From assembly GCF_009914755.1 (NCBI RefSeq), contig NC_060930.1: 64,000 nucleotides of DNA; one strand, given 5' to 3'. Shown piece by piece: positions 37,155-50,615 of the stretch. Positions within the stretch are counted from its first letter, which is position 1. Each line of letters starts with the position of its first letter. The position numbers and the translations under genes are program-made. This stretch comes from the human T2T-CHM13v2.0 reference genome, Homo sapiens. The notes beneath the pieces are model-generated. The model saw nothing but the letters and a program-made list of their open reading frames with translations, was not told the origin of the DNA and searched no databases.

Positions 37155-37585
37155 TGATATAGTTTAGATATGTGTCCCTGCCCAAATCTCATGTTGAAAT
37201 GTAATCCCCATTGTTGAAGATGGGACCTGATGGGAGGTGTTTGGATCATGGGGACAGACCCTCATGAATGGTTTGGGCCATCCCCTTGGTGATAAGTGAG
37301 CTCTGTCTCTGAGTTCATACTAGATCTGGTCATTTAAAAGTGTATGACACTTTCCCCCACATTTTCTCTCTCTCTTGCTCCTGCTTTTGCCAAGTGACAT
37401 GGCTGCACCCCCTTCACTTTCCACCATGATTTTAAGCTTTCTGGGGCCTCCCTAGAAGCTGAGCAGATGCCAGCATCATGCTTCCTGTATAGCCTGCAGA
37501 ACCATGAGCTAATTAAACCTCTTTTCTTTAGAAATTACCCAGTCTCAGATATTTCCTTATAGCCATTCAAGAACAGCCTAATACA
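37155..37585 (+). mobile_element. MSTB-type MaLR solo LTR
   Basis: TGATATAGTTTAGATATGTGTCCCTGCCCAAATCTCATGTTG...AACAGCCTAATACA; TSD GATAT/GGTAT. Confidence 0.92.
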
Positions 37586-38384
37586 GGTATTAAACAACTA
37601 TCAAAATTTTGAAATATGTTTGAAAATAAATCAAGAGTAAAATTAAAGGAAAGTGCACCTTTATTCAGATCTTCAAAAAGAACAGAGCCAGATTGCTACC
37701 CTGGAATAAAAATGATTCATTTAGGGAGTCAGGTGAGCAAATAATGATGAGAGGATTATTTGTCTAAGAACATTAGTCCACAAGAAAGACTGAGCATCCC
37801 ATTATTCTTTCATTTCAATTTTTCCAACTTTTCTAATTTTACAAAGGGTGATGGCAGTTCAAAAATCCCAGACCCAAACCAATTACTTTGGGGGAAAAAA
37901 TATTTAAAAATCAGATGGCATACAGTAAATCTTATAATCTAAGTTGAAAATACAGCCTAAGATGCTGGTAATTTTCATTTTCTAGTGATCCTTGCCACCA
38001 TCAAATAAAACACATTCTTCAGTGTGGGTACGAATTATACAAATTATGTGAATTGGAAGGTTTATGTAGATATTGTTATTACCCGAAAGGTTGCACTTTA
38101 ATTATCATTCACTTTGGAGTGAAGTTTTTTGAAAGGCCAATAAAAGGACTGTTTTACCCTTTATCACAATAGAAAGTATATTAACAGACCTAAAATATAG
38201 CCTAATTTTTCAAATATCTGGTGTGTTAACATGTCAACATTTAGTGGGAGTTTTATTTTGAGGTGGTCAACTATTAGACATTCCAGATTAATGTTTTTTT
38301 CTTTGTGTTATTTGACTTACCTTCATTCTCTCTATAGTCTTTTTATGTAATTAGTTGTACCTATTCATTTAAAAAGTAATATCA

Positions 38385-41300
38385 GGTTTCTGGGAAGATA
38401 GTGGAGTAGATAGTATTAGGAATCTGTCTGTACACCTAGACAAAAATTGAACTCAAAGAATCTGTCTGATGTAACTATTTTGGAACTCCAGAGTCTATTG
38501 AAGGCTTGCTACTTCAAGAGAAGTTTCAGGGGAGGACTTCAACAGTAAATAGTGGCTAATTTTGGACATTTTTAGGTATTAAAACAGTAGTACTTAACCA
38601 TCTTCCACCCCTCAGACACTTGGCAAGTAGCTACTAATGTGTTCCTGAAGCAGCTTGCACACAGGTTATAGGAGCAAGGGGTGGGAAAAAGGGACACTGT
38701 CTTCATAATATCTGAAATCTGTGATCTGATCACTGACAGCTGCTTCTGATCACACAGAAGCAAATAGGTAACAGGCATCATTGTTGCACCTCCCCCTATT
38801 CTTGCCAGTCCCTCCCTGTCTGGTTGAACTGATTTCTAGGAGATTTAAAAGGCTAACATATTTTTTTTCTCCTTTATTTTTCTCTTTTTCCTTTTTCAAC
38901 AGCTAGACACTGAATATTAGGAAAATCAAAGGTGACGGCATATACAGGGAGATTAGAAAACTACTGCACATGCCTGGGGAGGGGGCAGGCTCACAAAAGA
39001 CTTGAGAAGACCTGTTTACATCTCGAGCTAGTGCTTGGCACAGAGAAAGCCTATGATAATCAAATAAACAGGAACAAAAAAACAAAACCAAAAACAAAAA
39101 TCCAAGAAACAAAAAACAGCAAACCCTAGGAAGGGGGAAAATCTGATCTCCACAGTTAACAGATTATTGGATTCAAATGTTCAGTTTTCAATAAAAAAAT
39201 TACAAAATAAAACAAGAAACAGCAAAGTATGAACCGTTTAAAGAGAAAAACAAATAATAATCCAACAGAAACTGACCCTGAAAAAACCTGATGACAGATC
39301 TACTAGACAAAGACTTTAAAACAATTGTCTTAAATATGCTAAAAGAACAAAAGAAATATGTGGAAAAAGTCAAGAATATATCAACAAAATAGCAATATCA
39401 ATAAAGAAATAGAAAACCTAAAAATACTAAAGAGAAATTTTAGAACTGAAAACTTCAGATTTGAGCAGGGAGAAGAATTAGTGAACTTAAAAACAAGATA
39501 ATGAAAATTATCGAGACTTAGCAAGAGAAAGAAAGGAAATTGCGGAAAACTAACCAGTCAGGGGGACTTGTAGAACACCATTAAGTGAGCCAATATATGC
39601 ATACGGTACTCCCACAAGAAGAACAGAGAGGAAAAGATGAGAAGAAACTATTTTAAAAAATATTGCCCCCAAACTTCCCAAATTTTATAAAAGACATGAA
39701 TAAAAACAGCCAACAAGCTTAACAAACAATAAGTAGGATAAGCTCAAAGAGTGCCACCAAGACACATTATCAACAATCTGTTGAAAGCCAAAGACAAAAA
39801 GAGCATTTTGAAAGCAGCAAGAAAGAAGTAATTTGTCACATTGCAAGAAATCCTCAATGTCATTCTCATCAGATTTCTCCTCTGAAACTTTGTAGTCCAA
39901 AAGGTAGTTGGCCAATATATTGTAAGTGCTAAAGAACAGTAAAACTGTTCTTTAAAAATGAGGGAGAATTGCAGGATAAACAAAACCTTAAGGAGTTTGT
40001 TCCAATTACACTGCTCTACAAGAAATACTAAAGAAACTCCTACAGGTTGAAATGAAAGAACACTAGAAAGAACTTCAAGATGTATGAAGAAATAAAGATC
40101 TCTGTAAAGGTAAATAAGTGGACAATTATGAAGCTAGTAGTATTGTAACAATAGTGTATAACTCAACATTTTTTATCATGATTTAAGAAACTAATATAGT
40201 TTTTTAAAAAAACCTTTATCTGCCTAAAAGCTAGTATTGTCGCAACTTCGTTTTATAACTCCACAATTTGCTTTATACATAAATTAATAAATTAATGCAT
40301 TAAAAATTTTTAATTCATGTTTTGGGGCACATAAGCTATAAAGATATAATTTTGTGATACCAACAACTAAAGGAAATGGAGATGGAGTTCTTGGAGGAGC
40401 AGAGTTTTGTATATTATTGTGGTTAAACCGGTAAAAATTCAAATTAGAGTGTAATAACTTTAGCATGTTAAGTGTAATGCCCATGGTTACTACGAGGAAA
40501 ATAGGTAAAAAGTATACACAGCAAAATAAATGAGAAAAAAATTTAAATTAAATGTTTCACTGCCAAAAAATTTAACCAAACACAGAAAAAGATAGTTATG
40601 CAGGAAATGAGGAACAAAATCTAGAAGGCATATAGAAAATAAGTAGTAAATGAGAGAAACAAGTTCTTTTGTATTAGTAATCCCTTTAATAGTTAATGGA
40701 TTAAATTCCCCACTCAAATGACAGAGACTGGCAAAATGGAAAAAAGTACATGATGCAACTATGTGTATCTATGAGAGATACACTTTTTGAGTCAAAATAC
40801 AAATAGATGTAAAGCAAAAAGGTATAAAATGATATTGCATACAGATTGTCTCCAAAAGAGAGTGAGACAGCTCTACTAATATCAAAGTAGAGTTTAAGTA
40901 AAAAAAATTACAAAAGACAAAAAGAACATTATGTATTCACAAAAGGCTGAGTACAGCAAGAATATATAATAATTATAAAAATTTATGCAGCTAATATCAG
41001 ATCTTTAGGATATATGAAGCAAAAGTAGACAAAATTTAAGGGAGAAATAGACAGCTATTTAAAAGTTGGAGATAAATTATAAGTCAGTAAATTGGCTACC
41101 CTAGAGAAAATGTACAAATTCCTAAAAGCACAAACCTTAGGAAGACTAAATTATGAAGAAATGATAAATTTGAGTAGACCTATAGCATGTAAGGAGACTG
41201 AATCACTAATAAAAAATCTCCAAACAAAGAAAAGCCCTGGACCTGATCACTTCTGGTGAATCCTATCAAGCCTTTAAAGAATTAACATCAATCCTTCTTA

Positions 41301-43858
41301 AACTTTTCCCAAAAAATTGTAGAGGAGGGAACACCTTCAAACTCATTTTATGATGCCAGCATTAACCTCATATCAATGTCAGATAAAAACATTACAAGAA
41401 AAGAAAATTACAGGCCAATGTCCCTCACAAACATGATGAAAAATCCTCAACAAAATAATAGCAAACCAAATTCATCAGTATATTAAGAAAATTATACACC
41501 ATAGCTAGGTGAGATATATTCCTGGAATGCAAGGATATTCTCACGTACAAAAATCAATTGATGTAATACACTATATTAACAGAATGAAGAGAGGAAAAAA
41601 CATATTATTTCAAATAATGCAGGAAAAAAGCATTTGATCTAACCCCATTTCGTGATTAAAAAAAAATCAACTAGAAATATAAGAAAACTATCTCAACATA
41701 ATAAAAGTAATATATGAAAAACCCACAGCAAACATCATATTCAATGCTTAAAGATGAAATGGATTTTTTCTAAGATCAGGAGCAAGGCAAGGTTACCCAC
41801 TTTTACCACTTCTATTCAACATAGTATATTGGAAGTTCTAGTCAGAGCAATTAGGCAATAAAAAGAAATAAAGGCATTCAAATTGGGAAGGAAAAAGTAA
41901 AATTATTTCTTTTCATAGGTGACATGATTTATAAGTAGAAAATCTTGAAAAATTCTACAAAAAATGTTTGAAATAAAAAACTTGCAAAGTAGCAAGACAT
42001 AAAGTCAACATGCACAAAATCAGTTGTATTCTTCCCAATGATCAATCCAAAAAGGAAATTAAGAAAAGAACTCCATTTACAAGAGCATCAAAAAGATAGT
42101 TAGGAATTAATAGTTAGGAATTAATGTAACCAAGGGGGTAAAAGCCTTGTCTGATTAAAACTACAAAGTATTGTTAAAAGATACTAAAGAAGACATCAAT
42201 AAATGAAAAGATATTCCAAGTTTATGACTTGGAGGACTTAATATCGTTAAGATGTCAATACTATCCAAAGTGATTTACAGATCTAATGCAATACCTATCA
42301 AAATCCCAACATTGTTTTTTTGCAGAAATCGAAAAACTTATTGTAAAACTCATATGGCATCTTAAGGGACCCTGAATACTCAAAACAATGCTGAGAAAGA
42401 ACAGAGATGTAGGACTTATCTTTCCTGATTTCAAAACTTACAAAGCTACATTAGTCAAGAGTGTGGCACTAGCATAAAGAACAATACATGGACTAATGGA
42501 ATAGAATAAATAGCCCAAAAAAAAACCTCAAATATATGGTTAAATACTTTTTGACAAGGGTGCCAAGAACATTTAATGGAACTAAGTATTTTCAAGGGAT
42601 GGTGCAGCAATAACTGGGTATCTACATGTGAAATACGAAGTTTGACACTTACCTAATACCATATATAAAAATTAACTAAAAGTGGACCAAAGATATAAAT
42701 GTAAGGCCTAAAGCTATAACATTCTTAGAAAAAAGTTAGGGCAAAAGCTTCACAACATTGGATTTGGCTATGATTTTTTGCATATGACGCTAAAGGACAG
42801 AAAACAGAATAAAAAATATACATATTGGACTTTATAAGAATTTTTAATGATTATGCACCAAAAGAAAATATAAACAGAGTAAAAAGGCAACCCACAGAAT
42901 GAAAGAATATTTGCAAATCGTATCTGTGATAAAGGATTAATATTCATAATATACAAAAACTGCTAAAACTCAACAGAAACAAACAACATGCTTCAAAAAT
43001 GGGCAAAGAACTTTAACAGACATTTCTCCAAAGAAGATGTACAAATGACCAATAAGCATATGAAAAGATATTCAACATCAATAATCAACAAGGAAATGAA
43101 AATAAAATTATTATGAGATATCACCTCATACTTATTAGGATGGCTACTATCATAAAAATAGAAAATAACAAGTGGCAAGAATGTGGAACAATTGGAAACC
43201 TTGTGCACTGTTGGTGAGCATGTAAAATGGTACAGCTTCTGTGGAAAAGAGTATGATGGTTCTTCAACAAATTAAAAATAGAATTACCATAAGATCCAAC
43301 AATTCCATTTCTAGGTGTGTACCCCCAAAAAGTGAAATCAGAGTCTTGAAGCAATATTTGTACACCCTAGTTCATAGCAGTATTATTCACAATGGTTTAA
43401 ACATGGAAGCGACCCAAGTGGTCATCAAGAGATGAACAGATAAGCAAAATCTGATGCTAACAGATAAGCAAAATGTATGTACAAGAGAATACTCGCCTTA
43501 CAAAGGAAGAAAATTTTGACACATGCTACAACATGGATGAATCTGGAAGACACTATGTTAAGTGAAATAAGCCAGTCTCAAAAATAAAAATACTGTATGA
43601 TTCCACATATGAAGTACTCGGAGTAGCTTAAATCATGGAGGCAGAAATGATGGCTGCCAGGACCTGTGGGGAGGGGAAATGGAAAGTTATTTTTTAATGG
43701 ATATAGAGTTTCAGTTTTGCAAGATAAAACAAGTTTTGGATATGGATGTTGATGAAGATTGCACAATAATAGGAATGTATTTAACACTACTAAAATATAC
43801 ATTTAACAATGGTTAAGATAGTAAATTTTAAGGTACACGTATTTTCCCACACTAAAAA
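38385..43858 (+). mobile_element. Near full-length decayed L1MB-type LINE-1 (5'UTR, ORF1, ORF2 with internal deletion, 3'UTR)
   Basis: ORF1 remnant (AAAGCCAAAGACAAAAAGAGCATTTTGAAAGCAGCAAG), endonuclease NGLNSP at ~40695, RT RQG-PL at ~41787 and D-MI at ~41920, L1MB 3' end GAGTTTCAGTTTTGCAAGAT..AATGGTTAAGATAGTAAATTTTA. Confidence 0.92.
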
Positions 43859-43943
43859 GCATTGGGGCAAAAATGATAGGAAGAAATGGTTGATGCTATT
43901 GCAAAGTAGGTTAAGGTCAGGATATTTTTCTTAAAGGTGGTTA

Positions 43944-44430
43944 TGTCAGGGTCATGGACAAGCAGATGGCAGAGTAAAATTAGGTAAACAGAAAGCTTGT
44001 AATAAAGACATGTTTTCAAAGATACCAGAAGATTAAGGGAAACAAGTAGTGACGGTGAAACCTTCTAGGGCCAATAAACTGGGGGATCCATTACCATTAT
44101 TCTATATAAGTGGCAAAGGGAGGAAGCAGTGACCAGAATCCAGAGACAATAGCTGGAGCTGAAGGCAGCTGGAGCAAAAATGCTGTGACCTTTGCTAAAA
44201 AAAAAAAAAAAAAAAAAAAAAGCATCCAACCCAAGGCCAGGCAGAGAAGGAACCAGTGGAATAGAAACACAGACTCAATCTCCTCCTTCTTTACTTTCCT
44301 GCCAGTGTCTCCCACTGGACAACCCCAACCAGAAGTTAGAAGGTGAAGGAATGCAGTTGACACACTCCATAGAAGTCAGCCTCCTGGAGCATACAGCTAT
44401 TGGAAACTGGATCTCTAGGGACAAATAGGA
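43944..44430 (-). mobile_element. Old ERVL-class LTR (family unresolved) with internal A-run
   Basis: TGTCAGGGTC..CAGATGGCAGAGTAAAATTAGGTAA..TAATAAAG and CCCACTGGACAACCCCAACCAGAAG motifs. Confidence 0.5.
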
Positions 44431-44449
44431 CATATCTAGAAAAAAAATG

Positions 44450-44711
44450 ATGGAGGCCTCTAGGAACTGAGGTCAGCCTCTGGCCAGCAGCCTGCAAGGA
44501 GCTGAGGCCCAGAGTTCAACAGCCCTGGGGAAACTGATGTGCCAACAGCCACGTGAGTTTGTAAGCAGATCATTCCCCAGTCAAGCCTCAGATGAAACAC
44601 AGTACCAGCTGACACTTGGAATCTTTATGAGACCCTGAGGCACAGGATTCAGCTAAGTTGTGCCCAGATTCCTGACACAAACTAAGCTAATAAGTGTGTG
44701 TAATTTTAGCC
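44450..44711 (+). mobile_element. MLT1E/F-type LTR, 3' half
   Basis: GGCCTCTAGGAACTGAGG, CCCCAGTCAAGCCTCAGATGA, CAGCTAAGTTGTGCCCAGATTCCTGAC. Confidence 0.75.
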
Positions 44712-44767
44712 AAAAAAAAAAAAAAAAAAAGTAAAAGGAAGGAAGGAAGGAAGAAAGGAAGGAAGGA
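44712..44767 (+). repeat. poly(A) followed by (GGAA)n
   Basis: Direct inspection. Confidence 0.9.
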
Positions 44768-45289
44768 GCTAGTATAACCAAATTATTAAAAATAGGTAAA
44801 CTAGAATAATGACAAAAATAACCCTATGTTTTTCTCCTATAATATAATTTCTCTTTAACATTTTTATATTTCCTCTTAATCCTTTTTTCTCAATATATCC
44901 TTTGAAAATTATTTAAACATAATATTGACTAATTTTATATCATTGAGTTTCTTTTTAACCATTTTCCTTTTGTCCTTTTGTTCCTTTCCTTTTGTCCCAC
45001 AAACTGTTAGAAATGATGGGCTGAAAATGTATAACAGTAATTGTCCATTCTGCTGACCCTTGGCTTATTACCTTTGAGAAAAGATTAATTTTTAGCAAGG
45101 CAGTAAAAGTTTTAGCTAAATTTTGTCATTAATTCTGGTTTTCTTTCATTTCCAATCATCCATGTGGACCAAAGTTAGCCACATTTTGATATAGAGAAGG
45201 TTCTGTGAGGAACTTTTTTTTCACCTTGCAGGAGTTTATTTTTAATAGGAGAGAGAACAAACATTGATATATTATAGCTGGGCCAATCT

Positions 45290-45675
45290 TTCAGGATGGG
45301 TTTGATCAAGTTGTGGTAACAAACAACCCTCGCCCCAAAATCTCGGTGGCTTAACAAAATAAAAGTGTGGTTTTTCTTCACTCAAAGTCCTCTGTGAGTC
45401 CAGAGCGGCAACCCTCAAAAGTTGACGGGGGCCCCTACAGTCTTTCGTCCCCAATATCTCAATACAAGCCCTCTTCCACAATCAACATCAAAGGGGAGAA
45501 AAGAGTTAGAGATTCAACTCTGGCAATTAAATACTTCAGGTTGAAGTATTCACTTTTTTTTCTATCATTTAAATAAACAAACAAGTGCCATGACCAGCGC
45601 TGACTACTGGGGGAGGGATGCCCAGAATGGAAAGAGTCCTGGAAATACTGTTAAGCAGCTGTAACACTGACCATA
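45290..45675 (-). mobile_element. Old MLT1 (K/L-like) LTR
   Basis: TGTGGTAACAAACAACCC..AAAATCTCGGTGGCTTAACAAAATAAAAG..TCACTCAAAGTCC. Confidence 0.65.
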
Positions 45676-45837
45676 GTTTCTCATAGATATTGGTGGATTT
45701 CTATTGTTATCAATACCTTAAGACAAAGATGTATTTTTAGATTCTGGTGCTTTTATTATTTTATTGAAATCTAAGACGTCTCATATAAATCCAGGGTTTT
45801 GATTTTATTTCTTTAATCATGAAGATACAGATTTTTT
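45359..45837 (+). repeat. Local duplication, donor copy
   Basis: Aligns end to end with 47163-47640; about 30 differences by manual count (~93-94% identity). Confidence 0.97.
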
Positions 45838-46799
45838 CCATTTGTGGAGTTAAGTGTTATCACTGCAGGAAAGGAAATGAACACTTCATCTATTTCTCAT
45901 AGAATCAATGGAAATGACTAAATATTTTCTGATGATTTTGAGAGTTAACAGCCACTTTCGCCCTCATCAAGATCAATACTGATGACACTGAGAAGGCAAT
46001 TTTTCATTAAGTAAAGTCAATAAGGATGATACCAATATATATAAAATAGGAAAAGAAGACCTGCTGCACATTCTTTTGAAACTTACAATACATATAAACA
46101 AGATTTATGAGAACATAGCTAATCAAAATGGCTAGATATAAAATAGAGCTTAAAAAAACTTCAAGGTTAAAAACACTTATTTTATTTCTTTCTGTTTTAG
46201 AAAGTTCTATTACTTTTTTTTTTTTTTTTTTTCCATAGCTTCTAGAAGCAGCACTCTTATGCTACGCTTTACCCAGGTTGTGGCTCATTAAACCCAATGT
46301 GTGCCTCAATCTATTGGATAACCAAAATTGACCAGATATCTTTTGAAAACATAAATAATTTGGAGAGGCAGTGGTGGGTGTTTGAATTTGAAACTCCTGG
46401 TAAGGAATTGTAATTGGTGGTAATGTTGGACCATGTGCAAGAGGAGGAAGAAAAGAGACTGGTTAGGAGAATGAGGAGAATGAAGCAGATGTAGGGAGAA
46501 GCCAAATGAGGGGAGCTGTTGGGTGCTGAAGGATTTGTGTTAAGTAAACCCTGGGCTCTGCTGTATTGTGTTTCTCGAGCTTAGATGCCTGTGAGAATTA
46601 TAATAACCTCTCTTATTTATGCTAGTTTGAGTAGGCTTCTTTTCTTCGCAAACAATAATTCTCAGTCACCATTTTTAGTAACTGTTCTAAATACATTGTT
46701 ACAGAAAACACCATTATAAATCATCTTTCATTTGCACAGATTTGGTTAGCCTGAGAACATTGCATGGCTATCATGCCCCTAATCATAGTATTAGTAATA

Positions 46800-47000
46800 A
46801 TAACCAGAGCTGTATCAAACATGTACTATGACAGTTGCATTTAAGCATGTTGCATGAATCATCTCATTTGATCCTTATTTCAACTCAAGGAAGTAGAAAT
46901 TATCCTTAGCTGTTTGTTCCAATGTAACGATGAAGCACAGAGAGATTTATAAACTTGCTCAAGTTCATATAGCTAGCAAGTGGTGAAACCAAGACTTGAA
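46800..47000 (+). mobile_element. MIR SINE
   Basis: ATCTCATTTGATCCTTA..GAAGCACAGAGAGATTTATAAACTTGCTCAAGTTCATATAGCTAGCAAGTGG. Confidence 0.75.
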
Positions 47001-47162
47001 AAGATGCTTATATACAGGGCATTTCATGCATTAGAACATGGAACACATACTGCTGGATTGCTAACTTTTTTACTCAGTTTCCGATTCATAAGACTCTATG
47101 ATCTAGATATATATAATCATAAACATATATAGGGATGTTTATATCTCACTTTATGTATATGT

Positions 47163-47635
47163 ATAAAAGTGTGGTTTTCATCACTCAAAGTCCTCTGTGA
47201 GTCCAGAGTGGCAACCCTCAAAAGTTGACGGGGACCCCTACAATCTTTCGTCCCCAGTATCTCAATACTAGCCCTCTTCCACAATCAACATCAAAGGGGA
47301 GAAAAGAGTTAGAGATTCAACACTGACAATTAAATATTTCAGGCTGAAATATTAACTTTTTTTCTATCATTTAAATAAACAAAGCAAGTTCCATGACCAG
47401 TCTTGACTACAAGGGGAAGGATGCCCAGAATGGAAAGAGTCCTGGAAATATTATTAAGCAGCTCTAACACTGACCGTAGTTTCTCATAGATATTGGTGAA
47501 TTTCTATTGTTATCAATACCTTAAGACATAGATGTATTTTTAGATTCTGGTGCTTTTATTATTTTATTGAAATCTAAGACGTCTCATATAAATCCAGGGT
47601 TTTGATTTTATTTCTTTAATCATAAAGATTCAGAA

Positions 47636-47640
<5 letters not shown>
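47163..47640 (+). repeat. Local duplication, derived copy
   Basis: Direct repeat of 45359-45837; starts part-way through the MLT1 LTR, so it is the derived copy. Confidence 0.97.
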
Positions 47641-47928
<288 letters not shown>

Positions 47929-49019
47929 CTCTATGATATTTTTTAAAGGCCCTATTGTTAATTACTATTTTTATGTGAACTATATTGCTTGTCACTAAAT
48001 TATAATATCTATCAAGCATCATTTTATGCTCACTTAATTTTTACTTATAAAAATGACCTTTTTAAAGGTTATCTAATGCTGATTTGTCTTTATATGATAA
48101 AATATTTTATAGAATATCATAAAATTTCATGGGGCAAATGAGACTTATGCTTACTTGTTGTTTTTTTTTAAAATAACAACTTTTACAATCTAGCCTATAT
48201 TTTCATAGACCAGTCATAGGGTGACTGATTTTTTTCTAAATGATTACAATATTTGAACTTCTGTACTGTACAGCAGGAAAACAGAAACCAAAAGAAAATA
48301 AAACAAACTATAAGCAGAGAAGTGTTATATGCGACAGGCAATTTCCTGAAGATTTGAGCATCTTAGAAAAGTTCTTCAACTAAAACAAAGTATTACTTTC
48401 CTTATATCTTAGTTTTCTCTTGCCTCCTCTGTTATAATGCTTAAATTCTGCAAATAGTGACTCATTCTCTTGAATATTATACACTCTAGTCTTTAAGAAT
48501 CTTCTTTAAAATTACAAAGTCCCATAAGGTGTGGCACTCCCTATAAACATTATCCATCTAGAATTGTAGGAATAGTAAGTTTTCTACAGTAAAAATCAGG
48601 TGGTCAGAACCAGCCTTATATGTCTGTCCTCCAGGATAATGAAAGGATAAAGAGTTATAAAGAATTATGGAAAAAGGAAGTGGGATGAAGGTGACAGCAG
48701 TTTTTAGGAAGCTTTATTTTATTTCTTTGCTTTTTGTTTATGCTAATTATACATATAGCAGACAGAGCTATGTTATTAGAGGCAGAGCTTGAAGACTGAA
48801 AGAGCCTATGTGTAGAGACAAGCTGGACTGGATTCCTGAATTGATTCTGGCTTGATCAATCACTGTGTGAGCAGGGGAAGCCATTTTAATCTATCTACAC
48901 TTTTTCCTCTTGGATGAGATATCTATTGTAATGGAGTAAATTCATTACACAAGGTGTCTATTCTACCAATGAGCTGCACTGCTTCCATTGTAAGTGCTCT
49001 TTGTATACCTTTATACAGA

Positions 49020-49230
49020 TGTACTTTTAAAAACAATTGTCAAGTGTTCAGTATGTGTTAGGACCTTTGCTCGGTGCTTTATATACATTATCAAATTTAC
49101 TATGGAAAATAACCCTATAATGCAGATTCTATTTTTCTTGTATTCTATACAAGAGGAAGCCAAATACTTAAATGAAGTAAAGTTTTCTAAACTGCACAGG
49201 TAAAAATCCCAGAAACCAATTCCAGAACCT
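49020..49230 (+). mobile_element. MIR SINE
   Basis: GTGCTTTATATACATTATCAAATTTA..AACCCTATAATGCAG..GAGGAAGCCAAATAC. Confidence 0.6.
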
Positions 49231-50139
49231 ATAATCATAATCATCTTATTATATGGCAGCCCAACTGTGATATTTGTTTGTAAAATAATGTATTTTATAT
49301 ATGTTTATATCCTGGAAAGATTTAGTGAAAAGTGAATTGTTCATTGTGCAATGCATCCTGTCCATCTTGTATAAATGAATATGTATAAGATGGGAACAAA
49401 GAAATCTGATGGATTCCTTTTAAGCAAACTAGATAAAGATAGGTCTATGGCAAACAAAGTGACCACTCTGGGCGTTATAATCATCCCACTGCTGCTCACA
49501 GCCTAGAAAAGGATCTGAGACTTCCTGGGATTGCTCCTCATCAGCAGACCCGTTCCTAAGCTAGGCTAAGTAATTATGACCACTAGTCTTTCTGTACTAT
49601 CTTAGAAACACTAGAAAACCATAATAATGCACTTCTGGGCCTACCACAAATTATTAAGTGCATCACCCTAAAATTGTAAATACGAAGGCCTTGCCTGTTA
49701 TGAACATTAAATGAATGTCAAGCCCATGGCTCCGGGTTCTTAGAATATTCTACCTCTATCACTACAGTGGAAGTTAGGGAAAGAAGCCAGAACCTTTAGA
49801 ATGGGTTAGGGGTGGAAGGAGCCTATCTGCTACTTACAGCAGGGGTCCTGTCAACCTGTGGTTGGATGCCTCAGGGTGCCCAAGGATGCCACACTTGAGT
49901 CTGACAGAAAAATAACAAACAGGAGGAAGATTCAATGTTCTTGGAAATAGCTTTATAAAAAAAAATTGATCGAGGACTGAGCAAGACTAAGAGACTGCAG
50001 ATAATAAAAAGAGGTGCTCGTTTTTGGATTTCCTGGGTATTGCCAAAATATTTCAAATAGGGTCTCTGGAGCTCTGCTATCTGACCCTACAATCAGAGAT
50101 CTCACCACTCTCATCTTTAGCAACATACACAGGTCGTTC

Positions 50140-50182
<43 letters not shown>

Positions 50183-50615
50183 CTTTAAGTTTTAGGGTAC
50201 ATGTGCACAACGTGCAGGTTTGTTACATATGTATACATGTGCCATGTTGGTGTGCTGCACCCATTAACTCATCATTTAGCATTAGGTATATCTCCTAATG
50301 CTATCCCTCCCCACTTCCCCCACCCCACAACAGTCCCCTGTGTGTGATGTTCCCCTTCCTGTGTCCATGTGTTCTCATTGTTCAATTCCCACCTATGAGT
50401 GAGAACATGAGGTGTGTGGTTTTTTGTCCTTGCGATAGTTTGCTGAGAATGATGGTTTCCAGTTTCATCCATGTCCCTACAAAGGACATGAGCTCATCAT
50501 TTTTTATGACTGCATAGTATTCCATGGTGTATATGTGCCACATTTTCTTAATCCAGTCTATCATTGTTGGACATTTAGGTTGGTTCCAAGTCTTTGCTAT
50601 TGTGAATAGTGCCGC
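50140..50615 (-). mobile_element. 5'-truncated young L1PA (about PA2-PA4) with (TAA)n-expanded tail
   Basis: (TTA)n then TACTTTAAGTTTTAGGGTACATGTGCACAACGTGCAGG; ORF 50382-50564 is the ORF2 C-terminus (WIKKMWHIYTMEYY..GTWMKLETIILSKL). Confidence 0.96.

Noticed and set aside
42096-42125. 14-bp tandem duplication ATAGTTAGGAATTA within the L1
   Set aside because: Ordinary slippage in a dead element
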